A stretch of DNA of 64,000 nucleotides from Chiloscyllium plagiosum (taxonomy: Eukaryota), in NCBI RefSeq assembly GCF_004010195.1, contig NC_057718.1, positions 66,411,351-66,475,350 on the forward strand. Direction: 5' to 3'. The translations under genes were made by a program, and so were the position numbers. The stretch's first letter is position 1, and the number at the start of each line of letters is the position of its first letter. This document shows positions 25,089 through 38,900 of this stretch, piece after piece. The notes beneath the pieces are model-generated. The model ran no database searches, was not told the DNA's origin, and saw nothing but the letters and a program-made list of their open reading frames with translations.

Positions 25089-26269
25089 AGATTTTTCACT
25101 GGCCAGAATCATTATTCCAGTGTACATTGGAATTTGCATATGGGAGCCCTGTGGAATCCCAATCATAGCACAGTCTGGAGGAATTGTTTGGGAAGTTTAA
25201 TTTTCGGCTGGGCATTTCCTCTAATCCTGGAACCCTCTGAAAATCTCTGTAAAAAAAAAAAATGGAGACTTCAGATGGTTCAGATAAAATTAAGTAAAAT
25301 AGTTAGTTATTCAGGAAATGTTAGACTACTAAGGGCATAGTCTAACTCTTGAGTAACTATTAAGCAAACCCCATTGTTGCCTCACTTATAATATCAAGAG
25401 CAGGACTCCACAGCCTAGGTCCCCCGCTATAAATATTGAGCAATAGACAAAATAGATCTAAGATTAAAAGCTGTGTACAGCAGACTGTATTTTAATAGAC
25501 TAATGCTGACCGAGGTTTGTATGTGAGCCTGGATGTTGCTTAGTCTGTTGAGACAGGCATATGCATACGAAGGCATTTCATAATTGACAGCATTTTCTCT
25601 TGAATCTATTTTGTCAGTTGCTCAGAGTTAACTTATGCAAGACACAAAGGTGTCAAGTATATGTAGTTTCCGCTATTTAAAGGTCTTGTTGATACTTTTA
25701 GAAGGTGTTCTAACAGCAGATTTGCGAAGAATACACTGCATTTATAATAAGGTTCATTGGATCTATGCTGAGGTGTTTATTGGGTGAATGGATATAGAAG
25801 TGTAATGCAATATATAAGTGCTGTTGGTGTGTGGAGTGAAATTAACATGGAGCATAGGAGGGAATGCTGGGGAGATTGAAGCATGAATGGGCATGTTGTA
25901 TAGAATTAATGAGGACTATAGGGTCTAATATTGAATGAAGCCACCTTTAGACTCAGCCAATGGTGGGCAAGGGGACCCACCCACCTCCTTCCACAATTGA
26001 AAATCCCACTTTCTCAGATTCCTCTTCTGAGGCAGCCATGCTAATTTGAGTCCAATCTCACATGAAAATCCAGTCCAATGTCTCCACAAAACATACTTTT
26101 TACTTTTTCTATTCCTCGTACTTTAGTCATATACCAAAAAAATGGCTAGCGTCACCATCATTTCACACAGGAGTGGCTATGTTTTGGCTTTCCTTTTGCA
26201 ATTAATTAACATCAATGAGCCTTAGTACTAAAACTAATGCTCAACTGGAGGCATGTAGGTAACATGAAG

Positions 26270-27140
26270 CAGAAATTCTGGCAGCTTGTTCCATACATGC
26301 ACTACCCTCTGCGGTTAAAAGGTTATGCCTCAGGTCCTTTTAAAGCTTCACTCTTTCATTTAAACCTATGCACTCTAGTATTGGACCCTTCCCCCACCAC
26401 CCTTGGGATGAGGGTTGGTGGGGGAGAAACCTTGCCTATTTGTTCTATCCATGCCCCTCATGATTTTATAAATCTCTACAAAATCACCCCTTGGTGTCTG
26501 ACACTCCAGGAAACATAGTCACAGTCTTTCTTTAGAACTCAAACCCTTCAGTCCTGACAAAATCCTTGTAAATCTTTTCTGCACTTTCATAATTTTAAGA
26601 ACATCTTCCCCATAGAAGGGCGACCAAAATTGTGCACGGTATTCTGAAAGTGGCCTCACCAATGTCCCGTGCAGCTGCACCATAACATCCTAACAAATAT
26701 ATTAAATGCTCTGACAAATGAAGGCAAGTGTGCCAAATACATGCCTCCTGTTTCTTGACCAGAGCCTCAATTTCTCTAGTGATCCAGCATCCCCGTACCT
26801 ACCAGCCTTGCCTTTCACCTTAACAGAAACATACTGTCTCTGGACTCTTAGTTACCTCATTTTTAAGACTTGCCACTTCCCAACCATCCTTTTACCCATG
26901 AATAACCTCCCCCAATCAACTTTTGAAAGTTCCAGTCTAATACTCTCAAAATTGGTCTTATTCCAATTTAGAACTTTCACCTTTTAGATCAGTCATGTCG
27001 TGTTCCATCACTATTTTAAAGCTAATAGAGTTATGATCACTTACCCCAAAGTGCTCCCCTATTGACACCATAATCACTTGCCCTGCTTTGTTTCTCAACA
27101 GAAGGTGAATATTCCTCCTTGTCTGGTAGGTACTTATTGT
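26270..27140 (-). mobile_element. CR1 LINE fragment, internally deleted
   Basis: ORF2 C-terminal DNA joined to an endonuclease-tether remnant ('gagcactttggggtaagtgatcataactct' = EHFGVSDHNS). Confidence 0.8.
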
Positions 27141-27908
27141 AAGAATTCAACAAAAATAATTTAGCTACCAAGTGTTCAGAATTTTTCCATTTTTGATATT
27201 ATTCAAATACTGTTGTCTTAGTGAAACCTGAATTGAATCCACGCCTAAAGATGATATGTTTAACGTTTAATTCTTGAAGAGCTAAGTATTAGTACAGTTA
27301 GTATCACAGATATTGAAAAATTTAGATATTTTATGGATGGTAATAGATATCTGGAACTGATCACAAGATAGTAATTGAGTCAGTGGGTTCCAGATAAAAT
27401 CTTAACTTGAGAATAAGCCAACAGCCTTTTATAATTGAAATTTCAAATCCGAGTTCAGATGAAAAAAGCTGGGAGAGTAAATAACCATCTCAGCGACTAA
27501 TTTTTTTCACCTTTTAATTTCGAATTTTATTTGAATTTTTATGAAGGGCTATATCTTTCCAGAGGTAGGTTTCTATGCTTAAGTTACAACTCTTCCACTA
27601 CCACCACCACCAATTTATTGGGGAATGCCAATGTAATACAGGTGTATCCAGAGATAATCTGCAGTTGTTTACACTGATGTCTTAAACTTGATTTGCATTT
27701 ATAAAAGTTGAGAACTTGTAACCACAGTAATTCTGCAAGTGAGGATTTGTTTTGCACAAACACAATAATTTGCAATAAATCAAATTTTTCATTTTAATTC
27801 AACAATATTAAATGTTCAGCATGTCTTTCTGATCCTTGGCTGAAGGTAATAGAATTATCTCTTATGGAGGGAAATTAATTTGATTAATTGATATGAACTT
27901 TATTTCAG

Positions 27909-28076
27909 CATGAGCAAGAAGGATCTTTGAACATCCACTTTCCAGCACCAGAGGGTACAATCTGGGACAGCTCTTCAGAGTCGACCGTTCGTGTCTGCTT
28001 TCCTGATAACCAAGTAGTGAGCATGGCTATTAAACCAGACCATACGGTGGGAGATGTACTGCTTATGGCATGCAAG
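27909..28076 (+). CDS. TIAM2: Internal exon of a TIAM2-like Rac1 GEF gene: linker plus N-terminal part of the RBD (HEQEGSLNIHFPAPEGTIWDSSSESTVRVCFPDNQVVSMAIKPDHTVGDVLLMACK)
   Basis: Acceptor tatttcag| and donor AAG|gtattt. 168 nt, phase 0-0, open frame. The peptide resembles recalled TIAM2 'TYVHFQDNHGVTVGIKPEHRVEDILTLACK'. Confidence 0.85.
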
Positions 28077-28217
28077 GTATTTATTATGAAGCTGAGAAAA
28101 AATAATTTTATGAAAGGATTAAAAAAAATCTTTTTAAAACTGGCTGGATGGGTGAGTGTATCATGTTGGTTTTATTGAGGGGTCGAGCGAAGGTGGGACA
28201 ATATACCAGGTCTGGCT

Positions 28218-30250
28218 GGATTGGGGATACTTAGTTTTAGAGTCATAGAGTTGTACAACATGGAAACTGACCCTATGGACCAACTTGTCCATGCTGACCA
28301 GATATCCTATATTGAAAGTCCCATTTGCCAGCATTTGGCCCATATCCCTCTAAGTCCTTCCTATTCAAATACCCATCCAGATGCCTTTTAAATGTTGTTG
28401 CCAGCCTCCACCACTTCCACTGGCAGCTTGTTCCATGCACACACCATCATCTTCTGTGTGAAAAAGCTGCCCCTTACCCTTTTAAATCTTTCCCCTTTCA
28501 CCTTAAACCTATGCCCTCTAGTTTTGGACTTCCTTACCCTGGGGAAAAACCTTGACTATTCACCGTATCTATGCTCCACATGATATTATAAACTATAAGG
28601 TCACCCCTCAGCCTCTGACGGTCCATGGAAAATAGACCATCATATTCAGCCTCTCCCAATAGCTCAAACCCTCCAAACCTGGAGACATTCTTAACTCTTT
28701 TCTGAACTCTTTCAAGTTTAATAAGATCTTTCCTATAGCGGGGAAACCAAAGTTGTATACAGTATTCCAAAAGTAGCCTAAATAATGTCCTGTGCAGGTG
28801 CAACATGAATTCCCAACTCCTATACTCAATGCACTGACCAATAAAGGCAAGCGTACCAAATGCTGCCTTCACTATCCTGTCTACCTTACACTCCACTTTC
28901 AAAGAATTATGCACCTGCACTCTAAGGTCTCTTTGTTTGGCAACACTCCCCAGGACCTCACCATTCAGTGTATAAGTTCTGCCCTGATTTGCCCTACCCC
29001 CCAAAGTGGAGCACGTCACAGTTAACTAAATTAAACTCCATCTCAAGCAACCACCTTCACTCTCCACTACGCCTCCAATTTTGGTGTCATTTGCAAATTT
29101 ACTAACCATACCTCCTATATTCACATCTGAATAATTTATATAAATGACAAAAAGCAGTGGACCCAGCACCAATCCTTTCTGTGCGCTGCTGGTCACAGGC
29201 CTCTAGTCTGAAAACCAATCCACCACCACCCTCTGTCTCCTATCTTTTTGAGGTCAATTTTGTATCCATATGGCTAGTTCTCCTTGTATTCCATGTAATC
29301 CAACCTTGCTAACCAGTCTACCATGCAAAACCTTGTTGAATACTATGCTGCAGTCCATATAGATGAAGTCCACTGCTCTGACCTCAGCAATCTTTTTTAC
29401 TTCTTCAAAAAACTCAATCAGAATCCCATCCAACAACCTGCCCACCACTGATGTCATTCTCATTAATCCTATTTGCCAAATGTATCTCATGTCCCCTTTT
29501 TGTCCTCCTGATTTCCCACGTAAGTTCACTCCTACTGCCCTTATTCTCCTCCAGGGGTTCACTTGATCCCTGCTGTCTAAGCTTGACTTATGCTCCTTTC
29601 TTTTTCTTGACCAGAACCTCACTTTCTCTCATCATCCAGCATCTACCAGCTTTACCCTTCACTCTAACAGGAACATATTGTCTCTGGACTCCCAACTGGA
29701 CAATTTTGAAGCCTCCCCACTCTCCCACAGTTCCTTTACCTGCGAATATCTCCTCCCAATCAACTTTTTCGAAAGTTCTTGTCTAATACCAGCAAAATTA
29801 ACCTTCCTCTAACTTTAACTTTTTAATTCGGTCTATCCTTTTCCATCACTATTTTAAAACCAATAGAATTATGATTAAAAGGCCCAAAGTACATCCCCAT
29901 TAACACCTCAGCCACCTGCCCTGCCTTATTTCCCAAGAGTAGGTCACATTTTGCTCTTTCTCGAGTAATAATGACCACTTTTAAATCAGAAAACTTTCTT
30001 GTACACACTTTACAAATTCCTCTCCAACTGTAAAATCCCCTACTATAGCCACCCTATTATTCTTAGAGATAACTGAGACCTCCTTATAAATGTGCTTCTC
30101 AATTTCCTGCTGACTATTGGGTGTCGATAGTACAGTCCCGTAAAATGATTGTCCCTTTCTTATTTCTCAGTTCCACCCAAATAACTTCACTGGACATACA
30201 TGTTGGAATATCCTGTTTAAGAACAGATGTAATGTTATCACTGATCAAAA
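28218..30250 (-). mobile_element. CR1 LINE fragment
   Basis: ORFs 28534-29019, 29254-29622 and 29823-30008 carry CR1 ORF2 motifs. 'gagtcatagag' tail. Confidence 0.9.
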
Positions 30251-32214
30251 CTATTGATGCACTGATATGAACTCGTGGCACTGTGTCCACCAGAATAGTT
30301 CAGACACATTGACCGAATAATTATGACTGTGATGCATTCATTAGAAGTTTCTTATCTGTTGTGTGACATTGTCAAAGTTGGTCACTGTATTCTAGAAATA
30401 CTCAATTAGCCTTGAATTTAACCTCTTTTGATGACTTCTCAAACAAATAATATTTATGCTGATTATTTTGATATTTTGTTTATGATAGGCTATTTCACTT
30501 GGAAATTTTTGAATTGTGATAATCGAAGACAAAGATTATTAACATGCTTTGTCTGTGAATATTTTAAATTACTGCTTGCTATAGCTTTCAATTTTTAAAA
30601 ATGTATTTGTAGCTTTAACGATTGCATGTATGTTGGCAGACATTAAATATATACTTGCCCCAATGACCTAAAACTGCAGTTTACTGCAATTCTGAACTGT
30701 ACTGACCATAGGATTCAACCCTTAGACGCACAAACTTTGCAGAACCATCATTTAACCTGATAATTGCTGGCTGTAGAAAGAGAAAGATCAAATGGTGTTT
30801 CTGTTTCTGCTCCTGAGCACAATCCATGACCCTTTCTGGTAAATATATGCACATAAGAATATTGGGTAAGTGTTAGATCTGAGTTTGATCTGATGGTCTC
30901 AAAGTAAATTGATTCACTGGCTACTTTTGTTTTGATGACCAGGTACAGTGGGCATAACTGATTGTGGGGAGAAAGGTTGATCGTTACGTCAGATTTTTGC
31001 TCATAAGCATCATTCCATTGTTTCAGTAGAAGTTTCTGAGATTAATTGTTAGTGATATTGCGCTTGTGTGTCCTGGCAATGTCAATCTAATTCCTACTGT
31101 TTCCCTGTATTTAAGCTGGCATAGTGCTCTGTCATCTCCTCCTATCGCAAATGGCTGTCGGGTTATGCTTTTTAAAAGTTTATTGAAAGAAACCTACAGC
31201 TGGTTGCAGCACAATAAAGAATCATCTCATGACCTTTGCCCAGTTTCTAAAAGTCCCTTTTTTCAAGTTGGCTTTAGTTCAGTGATAAGGAATGAGCTCT
31301 GGTTGAGGCATGAGAGGGTGGTGGGACTCAAAGTTCTATATCCAAAAAGAAGAAGAATGCAAAGCAGTAGAAAGTTGGAAGTCAAAAACAAGCCTTAAAA
31401 AGTACTCCTATCAATCGTATGGGGTTAAAGATTTGGTGCAGTTTATTTTGCAGCCTGTGGCTCTAGGTCTGGGATTTGAAATCCCTGCACCTGTCATTTT
31501 CCAAATGAGGACAATAGTGCACATATTATTATTTTGTTTCATTTCAAATTCTCTGCATTTTATTTATTCATCGCAAGTTTTGCTTTGGCGTTGCTATCTG
31601 TTAAGGAAATTAATGCTATTCAATGATGTATCATTCATTAGGAAGATAATTTCTCTAAGTCTGTAGCATTTACAGCAATCATTGCAAATTAACTTGAAAC
31701 AATTGAAATGGCTTTTTATGTAATCAGCAATTTAAATCAATTAATCATGGCAAAATATTTATACTGCATATTTTAATAAAAATTGAAAGAAAATTTGGAG
31801 AGTTTCATATTGGCTGCAGTGGCTCATTGCAAGGTATTGATTTGCTAAATGTATGTTATTATTAGAAAATGCAATTATGATGAAATGGAGCTGCAATGAT
31901 TGAAACTTTCATTATTTCATAAATTTTATAAACCAGGCAAATTATTTTTCATGTTCTGGTTCTTGTATAAAAAAGCAAATCGACTTAATGTATTCATAAG
32001 TGTCTGATCTTTCAAAATTGGAATTGCTTATCAGACTGAACTCCTCACATTAGATTGTGATATTCATTCGCTTTTAGACAAGGGCAGTGACTTGCTTCAA
32101 GATTATATCCATGAATTATTAATGCTAAAGTTTGAGTGAAACTTAGTTAAAATAACTCTATTAGCTTGATCTGCTAACATTAACATTTTAATTACTGGGA
32201 AGAACTGTTTTTAG

Positions 32215-32412
32215 CAGGGTATCAGTTAACTTAGTTGCTGGACAGCTGGCTTGCAAAACAGAGTGATGCAAACAGTGTAGGTTCAGTTGTTGTAAAAGCT
32301 GAGGCTACTATGAAGTACCTGAGGTGGAGTGACTTTCCAGTTGAACTACTTATCTTCCCACTGAGAGAGCATCCATATGGTCTTTTGTGACTATGGCAAC
32401 TTTACCTTACCT
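32215..32412 (+). mobile_element. tRNA-derived SINE with a (ttacc)-type tail
   Basis: Head 'gttaacttagttgctggacagctgg..ggttcagtt' and tail 'gactatggcaacttttaccttacct'. Second copy at 35560-35925. Confidence 0.6.
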
Positions 32413-33019
32413 TGTCAACAATTACAGAACTGCGATGTCCCATTGATAAAAGAATGTTGCTGTGAACATTATGTGGGCGAAATAAAATAAACTGGAAAAA
32501 AGAGAAAAGGAAGTGCAGATTTCTTCGTGTGTTTAGGACACCTGTCTAATTAAAAATAATGAGAGGAATTGACACTTGGAAAAAAGTCACAGAAGGTAAA
32601 AGAATGAAATAGAGAACAGCATTTGGGCACTGATGATGTAAATGATTTAGCAAAATGCAATTAAAACAAAAGAAAACAAGGAGTAGTTGAGGTGACTAAG
32701 ATAAGTGCTTTTAAGGAGAGCTAGTGAAGAAATTTGATGCATCCTAATCCTGATGAGTGCAAGACAAAAAAGTTGGCATATCTCCTTTTAACAATGTTTA
32801 TATAGAAGTTTGAATCCTAGACTTAAAAGAAGAGAGATGAGAGGAGTCTCAAATGGGGCATAGATTCTGTCACAGACAAGTTGACCCAAATAGCCTGTAT
32901 GTGTTCTTTTGATTCTATGTAACGCTACCTGCATGAAGCTACATTGGCCAACTTTAAATTTTAGTGATTCAAATAACTAATGCAGCACTTTGCATCGTTG
33001 CGAAATAAATCCAACATCA

Positions 33020-33810
33020 AACCATTTTTGATAATTGGCTCCACATCTTTCATTTCTTTTTCGTTTTTGCCCCTTTTTGTGCTTTCCTTCTCCATTAACT
33101 CCATATTTAAATCTCTCTAATCAGACTCCTGTCCATGCCCCTGTGCCAAAGTGGAGCTGATTCTCTCTCAAATGAAATCTGACAGGACTATAGTAAAGGT
33201 AAACTATTTTATGCAAACTTCTCGACCAGTCTGCAGCCTTTTAACTTGATTGATCACATTGTCTTCCTTCAATACTATCCCCAGTTGGGTGGGACTGAAC
33301 TTATTTGGTTCCATTTATGTTTACATAAAGTAACCAAAGATAATCTGCAATAGCTTCTCTGCCCCTGCCACAGTGATGTCATTGGTGCACTTTCCTTATT
33401 TCTCACCTACATGTTGCCTCAGATATTATTTTTATCTATGCAAGTTCCCACATGGCCTTGACATAGCTGTTGTCTCCTACAGTGTCTCAACCACCCAAAG
33501 TATCTAGACTCAATTAATTCAGAGTCATATTTGTCACAGAAAAGAAAGGCACCAATGGTGCAAGCAATCCACTTCAATTGCTCATCTTTGTTCATTAGCT
33601 GTCTAAGCTCTGGAAATTCCTTATTAAAACTTGCCATCTCTCTACCCTTCTTCCCTCCTTTTTAAGCTGTTGCTTAAACCCAGTCTTTACTTAAACTTTT
33701 AATCATTGGTCCAATACTACTTGATGTTGCTTGGTTTCATATCTTTTATAATGCTCCATTGAATGCTCTGAAATGTCTAATACATTAAAGATACAATACA
33801 AATACAAGTT
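33020..33810 (+). mobile_element. Decayed L2 LINE fragment
   Basis: 'cttctcgaccagtctgcagcct..gatcac' is an LLDLSAAF..DH-like RT motif. L2-like 3' end 'tacattaaagatacaatacaaatacaagttgt'. Confidence 0.55.
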
Positions 33811-34634
33811 GTTTCACTCGTTCCCTCATTTCTCCTCCTAGTCTTATTCCCCTACTTTTATCCCCTCCCCACACCATGTTGTGATTGCTATTTCAGCATT
33901 TCTGTTCTTCAGTGAGAGAAACAAGAAAAAAAAGTGATTGCAAGTTACTCCTCATTTGAGGTGTGAGACTGAAATTGCGAATCTGTACTCATGTCATGAA
34001 TTCTGAAATGGTGCTCTTCTACAGCATTATTTCATATCTTTGACTCTCTAGGATTTAAGGTATGTGTACAAACATGTGCATTGGATTAGAATTGGGCCAT
34101 TTGGCTCCTTAAGCCTGCTCCGTTACTCAAGGAGTTCATGGGTGACTCAATTACTCAACATCCCACTAACCCATAATAATCTTTCATTCCCTTCCTTATC
34201 ATGAATCTGTCATCTTTTGCCTTAATAATATTCAAAATCTCCCCTTCCACCACCTTTTAAGGAAGAGATTACCACAGACTTTCAACCCTCTGAGAAAACA
34301 ATTCTTCTCTACTGTCTTAAATGGCTGCCCCCTTATTTTGAAACAGTGACCCAACATTTTAGGTTCTCCCATAAGCGAAGCATCTTTTCCAGATGCACCC
34401 TCCTAAAATCTTTCAGATTCTTGTGTGTTTCAAACAAGTTAGTTTTTATTTTTCAAAACTCCAGTGGATACAAACTTAGTCTATCCAACCTTTCCTTCTT
34501 AGACAACCCAACTATTACTGAGATTCATCTGATAAATTGTGTCTGAATTGCTTCCAATATATTTACATTTCCTTTAAATAAGGAAACGAATGTCATACAC
34601 AGTACTCCAAACGCGGTCTCAACAGTGTCCTGTA

Positions 34635-35304
34635 CAGGTAGTTTTCAGATAACACATTCTGGCAGTGCAATTTGCTTACCAGGTCTCTGAAGAATTAGGG
34701 AATGGGAGTTTTGAGAACCCTTATCTATGTTTGCAATAATACGATTCTAGCAGCAATCATTTCATGTGCTTCATTCTGCGCATGCGCCGGTGTCCGCAGC
34801 CAACAGAGCAGCGTTCCATGAGAGAAATATTGTACAGAGAGCAGCTTTTGAGAGAAATACTTCGAGCAGCTTCCTATGAAAGATAGACTACTCCTAGATT
34901 GTCCCTTTTTTTTGAAAAGATAGAGGGGCATCTTGACAAAATCTTAACAAAAAGCGTCCTGGTGATAAAATTGCAAGTGGCAAAAGCAAAAGAAAGGCTA
35001 TAACACTGGGAAGAAAAGCTATAAGTTATAAAGTCTTTTGAGCATAAGGAGAGAATATGCAATATAGCTCGCTTAGCAGGAATGAGGGAGTCTACCTTAT
35101 GCACCATGATGACCATCTGTCAATACATTAACAACATTTTTTAAATGACTGTGTTAAGTTTACTTGTATACATGGTGTTAGACCTTTGGGTGATTTTTCA
35201 GCAATCGTGAGTGATTTTTTTTTGCTGGTCTGCCCCAAATTTCGCATTTCCTGTAGGCCCCATTATTTCTATTACGTGAGGTTTTACTGGAATGCAACTA
35301 CTTT
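34635..35304 (+). mobile_element. Tigger/pogo DNA transposon deletion derivative with a transposase N-terminal HTH remnant
   Basis: Inserted at TA in the CR1. Starts 'caggtagttt'. Encodes 'KAITL/EEKL*VIKSFEHKERICNIARLAGMRESTLCT' (CENP-B/psq-type HTH). Confidence 0.75.
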
Positions 35305-35559
35305 TATAACTGTAACATAACTTCCTCAGTTTGTACAGTTTCCCTACTAATATAGATAACATTCTATTAGCTTTCCTAATGACTTGCTATATCTGCTATT
35401 ATTTTGGTGCATGAATTACAAAAGGACGCCCAGGTCTAACTGCATCTCCGAGATCTACGTTCTCTTAACATTTAGATAATATGCTGCTGCTTTATTCTTT
35501 CTGCGGAAATGGACAATTTCACATTTTCTTGCATTATACTCCATTTGCCAGATCTTTAT

Positions 35560-35925
35560 TCGGTTATCTCAGTTAGTTTGATGGCTGGTTTGCAAAGCAG
35601 TGTGATGGAGGAGAAAGTGAGGACTGCAGATGCTGGAGATCAGAGCTGAAAATGTATTGCTGGAAAAGCACAGCACGTCAGGCAGCATCCAAGGAACAGG
35701 AGAATCGACATTTCGGGCATAAGCCCTTCTTCAGGAAATTTCTTCAGGAAAGCAATGTGATGCCAGTGTTCAGTTTCCACACTGGCTGAAGTTACTATGA
35801 AGGACTGCCCATTTCAACCTATGTCCTCGCATGGTGACCCTCTGATTAAACCACCACCAATTGTCTCTCTAATGATTGAACAACTTTGTGGTCCATTAGG
35901 ACTATAGTGACTTTATCTTACCTAC
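35560..35925 (+). mobile_element. tRNA-derived SINE (same family as 32215) interrupted by a PLE pLTR
   Basis: Head 'ggttatctcagttagtttgatggctggtttgc' and tail 'ggactatagtgactttatcttacct'. Confidence 0.65.
35608..35748 (-). mobile_element. PLE pLTR family A insertion with a hammerhead motif
   Basis: TSD aaagcagtgtgatg / aaagcaatgtgatg (35594-35607 and 35749-35762). Minus strand 'ctgaagaagggcttatgcccgaaatgtc'. Confidence 0.8.
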
Positions 35926-35984
35926 TCAATTAACATAACTTGTAGCTTCCTTAGCTCCTATTCACAACTTAATTTCCTACTGTA

Positions 35985-38900
35985 CATATGACAGGCTCTT
36001 CAGCCCTCTATGTTGTGTTGGTCTTCTAACCTATGTGAAGATCAGTCTAACATACATACCCTTCATTGTATTAACTTGCATGTACCTGTCCAAGAGTCGC
36101 TAAAGTGTTCCTAATATATCTGACTCTACCACCACTGGCAGTGCATTCCACACACCAACCACTTTGAGTAAAGAACCTATCTCTGACATCTCCCCTAAAC
36201 CTTCCTCCAATTACCTTAAAATTATGCCCTCTTGTGATAGACAATTCCGCCATGGGAAAATGTCTCTGGCTATCCACTCAATCTGTGCCTCTCATCATCT
36301 TGTACACCTCTATCAAGTCACCTTTCATCCTTCTTTATTCAATGAGAAAAGCTCTAGCTCCCTCAACCTTTCTTCATAAGACATGCCCTCCAATTTAGGC
36401 AGCATCCTGACAAATCTCCTCTGCACCCTATCTAAAGCTTCCACATCTTTCCTATAATGAGGCAACCAGAACTGAACACAGTATTTCAAGTGTGGTCGAA
36501 CCAGGACTCCATAGATCTGCACTGTAACCTTGCAGCTCTTAAACTCAATCCCCTTGTTAATGAAAGCCAACACACCATATGCCTTCTTAACAACCCTGTC
36601 AACTTGGGTGGCAACTTTGAGGGATCAATAGACATGGACCCCAAGATCCCTCTGTTCATCCACACTGCCAAGAATCCTGCCTTTAACCCAGTATTCTGCA
36701 TTCAGATTCGACCTTCCAGAGTGAACGATTTCACATTTTTTCAGGTTGAACTACAACTGCCACTTATCAGCCCAGTTCTGCATCCTGTCAATGTCTCATT
36801 GCAACCTGCAACAGCCCTCCACACTATCCACAACTCCTCCAGCCTTTTGCATCATTAACAAACTTACTAACCCACCCGTCCACTTCCTCATCTAAGTCAT
36901 TTATAAAAATCACAGTAAAGGTCGCAGAACCAATCCCTGCAGAACACCACTGGTGACTGAGCTCCAGTCTGAATCCTCTCCATCTACTACCACTTTCTGT
37001 CTTCTATGAGCCAGCCAATTCTGTATCCAGACAGGTTTCCCTGTGATCCATGCCTCCTTACTTTCTGAATGAGCCGACCATGGGGAACCTTATCAAATGG
37101 GGAACCTTATCTAAAATCCATGTACACCACATTGACTGCTCTACCTTCATCAATGTGTTTTGTTACACTCTCAAAGAATTCAGTAAGGTTTGTGAGGCAT
37201 GACCTGCCCCCCTCAAAGCCATACTATCTGTAATCAAACAATGGTTTCCCAAATTATAAAATATTCCTGTCTCTCAGAATCCTCTCCAATACTTTGCCAA
37301 TCACAGACATAAGACTGTCTAGGCTGTAATTCCTAGGTTTATCCCTATTTCTTGAGCAAGGAAATACCATTTGCCAACCTCCGATCATCTCGCACTACTT
37401 CAGTGGACAGGTGAGGATGCAAAGATCTTTGCCAAACGCGCAGCAATATCTTCCCTTGCTTCCTGTTGTAACCTAGGGTATATCCCAACTGGCCTGTGGG
37501 ATTTATCTATTCTTGTGTTTTTCAAGATTTTCAGCACATCCTCCTTCCTAACATAAACCTGTTCTAGCATATCAGTCAGTTTCACGCTATCTTCAAACAT
37601 CAACTTCAGTGAATACTGAAGCAAAGTATTCATTAAGAACCTTCCTACTTCCTCCGACACAAAGAGCAAGTTCCCTCCATTATACCTGATTGGCCCTACC
37701 CTCACATGGCCATCCTCTTGTTCCTCACATAAATGTAGAATGCTTTAGGGTTTTCCTTAATCCTAACCGCTAAAGCTTTCTCATGTCTCCTTCTAGCTCA
37801 CCTAAGTCCATTCTTCAGTTCCTTCCTGGCTACCTTGTAACCTTCTAAAGCCCTATCTGATCCTTGCCTTCTCAACCTTAAGTAAGCTTCCTTCTACCTC
37901 TTGGCTGGATGTTCCACATTCTTTGTCACCCAAGGTTCTTTCAACCTACCATCCCTTCCTTGCCTCAGTAGAACAAACCAGCCCAGCATTATCAGCAGGT
38001 GCTTCCTAAAATTTGGTTCTTTGCCAAACACCAAATCCAATATGGCCTCCCCTCTAGTCAGCCTATCTACATATTGCATGAGGAACTCTTCCTAGACACA
38101 CCTGACAAAAATTGCTCCATTCAAACTATTTGAACTAAGTAGGTTCTGATCAATATTAGGAAAGTTATAGTCACCTATGACAACAACCCTGTTACTTCTA
38201 CACATTTTCAAACTCTGTCTCTCAATATGCTCCTCTGGTCTCTGTCGCTACTGGGGGGAAAACTTTGAATAAAGTGACTGCTCCTTTCCTGTTTCTGACT
38301 CTATAGACAAACCATCCCTTTCTGCAGCTGTGATACTATCCCTGATTGGCAATGCCACTCCTCCACCTCTTTTACTTCCCTATTCCTTATGAAGCATCTA
38401 AACCCTGGAACATCCAACAACTATTCCTGCCCCTATGATATCCAAGTCTCTGTAATGGTCACAGCATCATTGTTCCAAGTACTGATACATGCTGAGGGTT
38501 TGTCACCCGTATTCTTGATACTTGTATCCATCACACTGACTGTACCTTTGTCCTATCAAGTGCCTGTCACTCCTTATAGACTCTGCACGCTGTATCTGGC
38601 TGTTCACTATCTACTCCATCATCTGATCTGTAGCTCAGGTTCCACCTCCCTGCCAAACTAGTTTTAAGCCCTCCCAAAGATCTCTAGCAAACCACCTGCC
38701 CAGGATATTGGTGACCCTCCAGTTCAGGTACAACCCATCCTTGTACAGTTCCCACTTTCCCCAGCAGGTAGTCCAATGATTCACGTATCTGAAGCCCTCA
38801 TTTTTACACCAGCCCTACAGCCACATGTTCATCTGCACTCACTCTGAATTCCTAGCCACACTAGACTGTGGCACTGGTAGCAATCCTGAAATTACTACTC

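Noticed and set aside
27927..28178. ORF-track 83-aa protein as a stand-alone gene
   Set aside because: It is an exon read through into the intron. The real boundaries are 27909-28076.
34052..34059. Possible microexon (ctctctag|GATTTAAG|gtatgt)
   Set aside because: 8 nt would break the frame inside the RBD, and the flanking exons already join without a gap.
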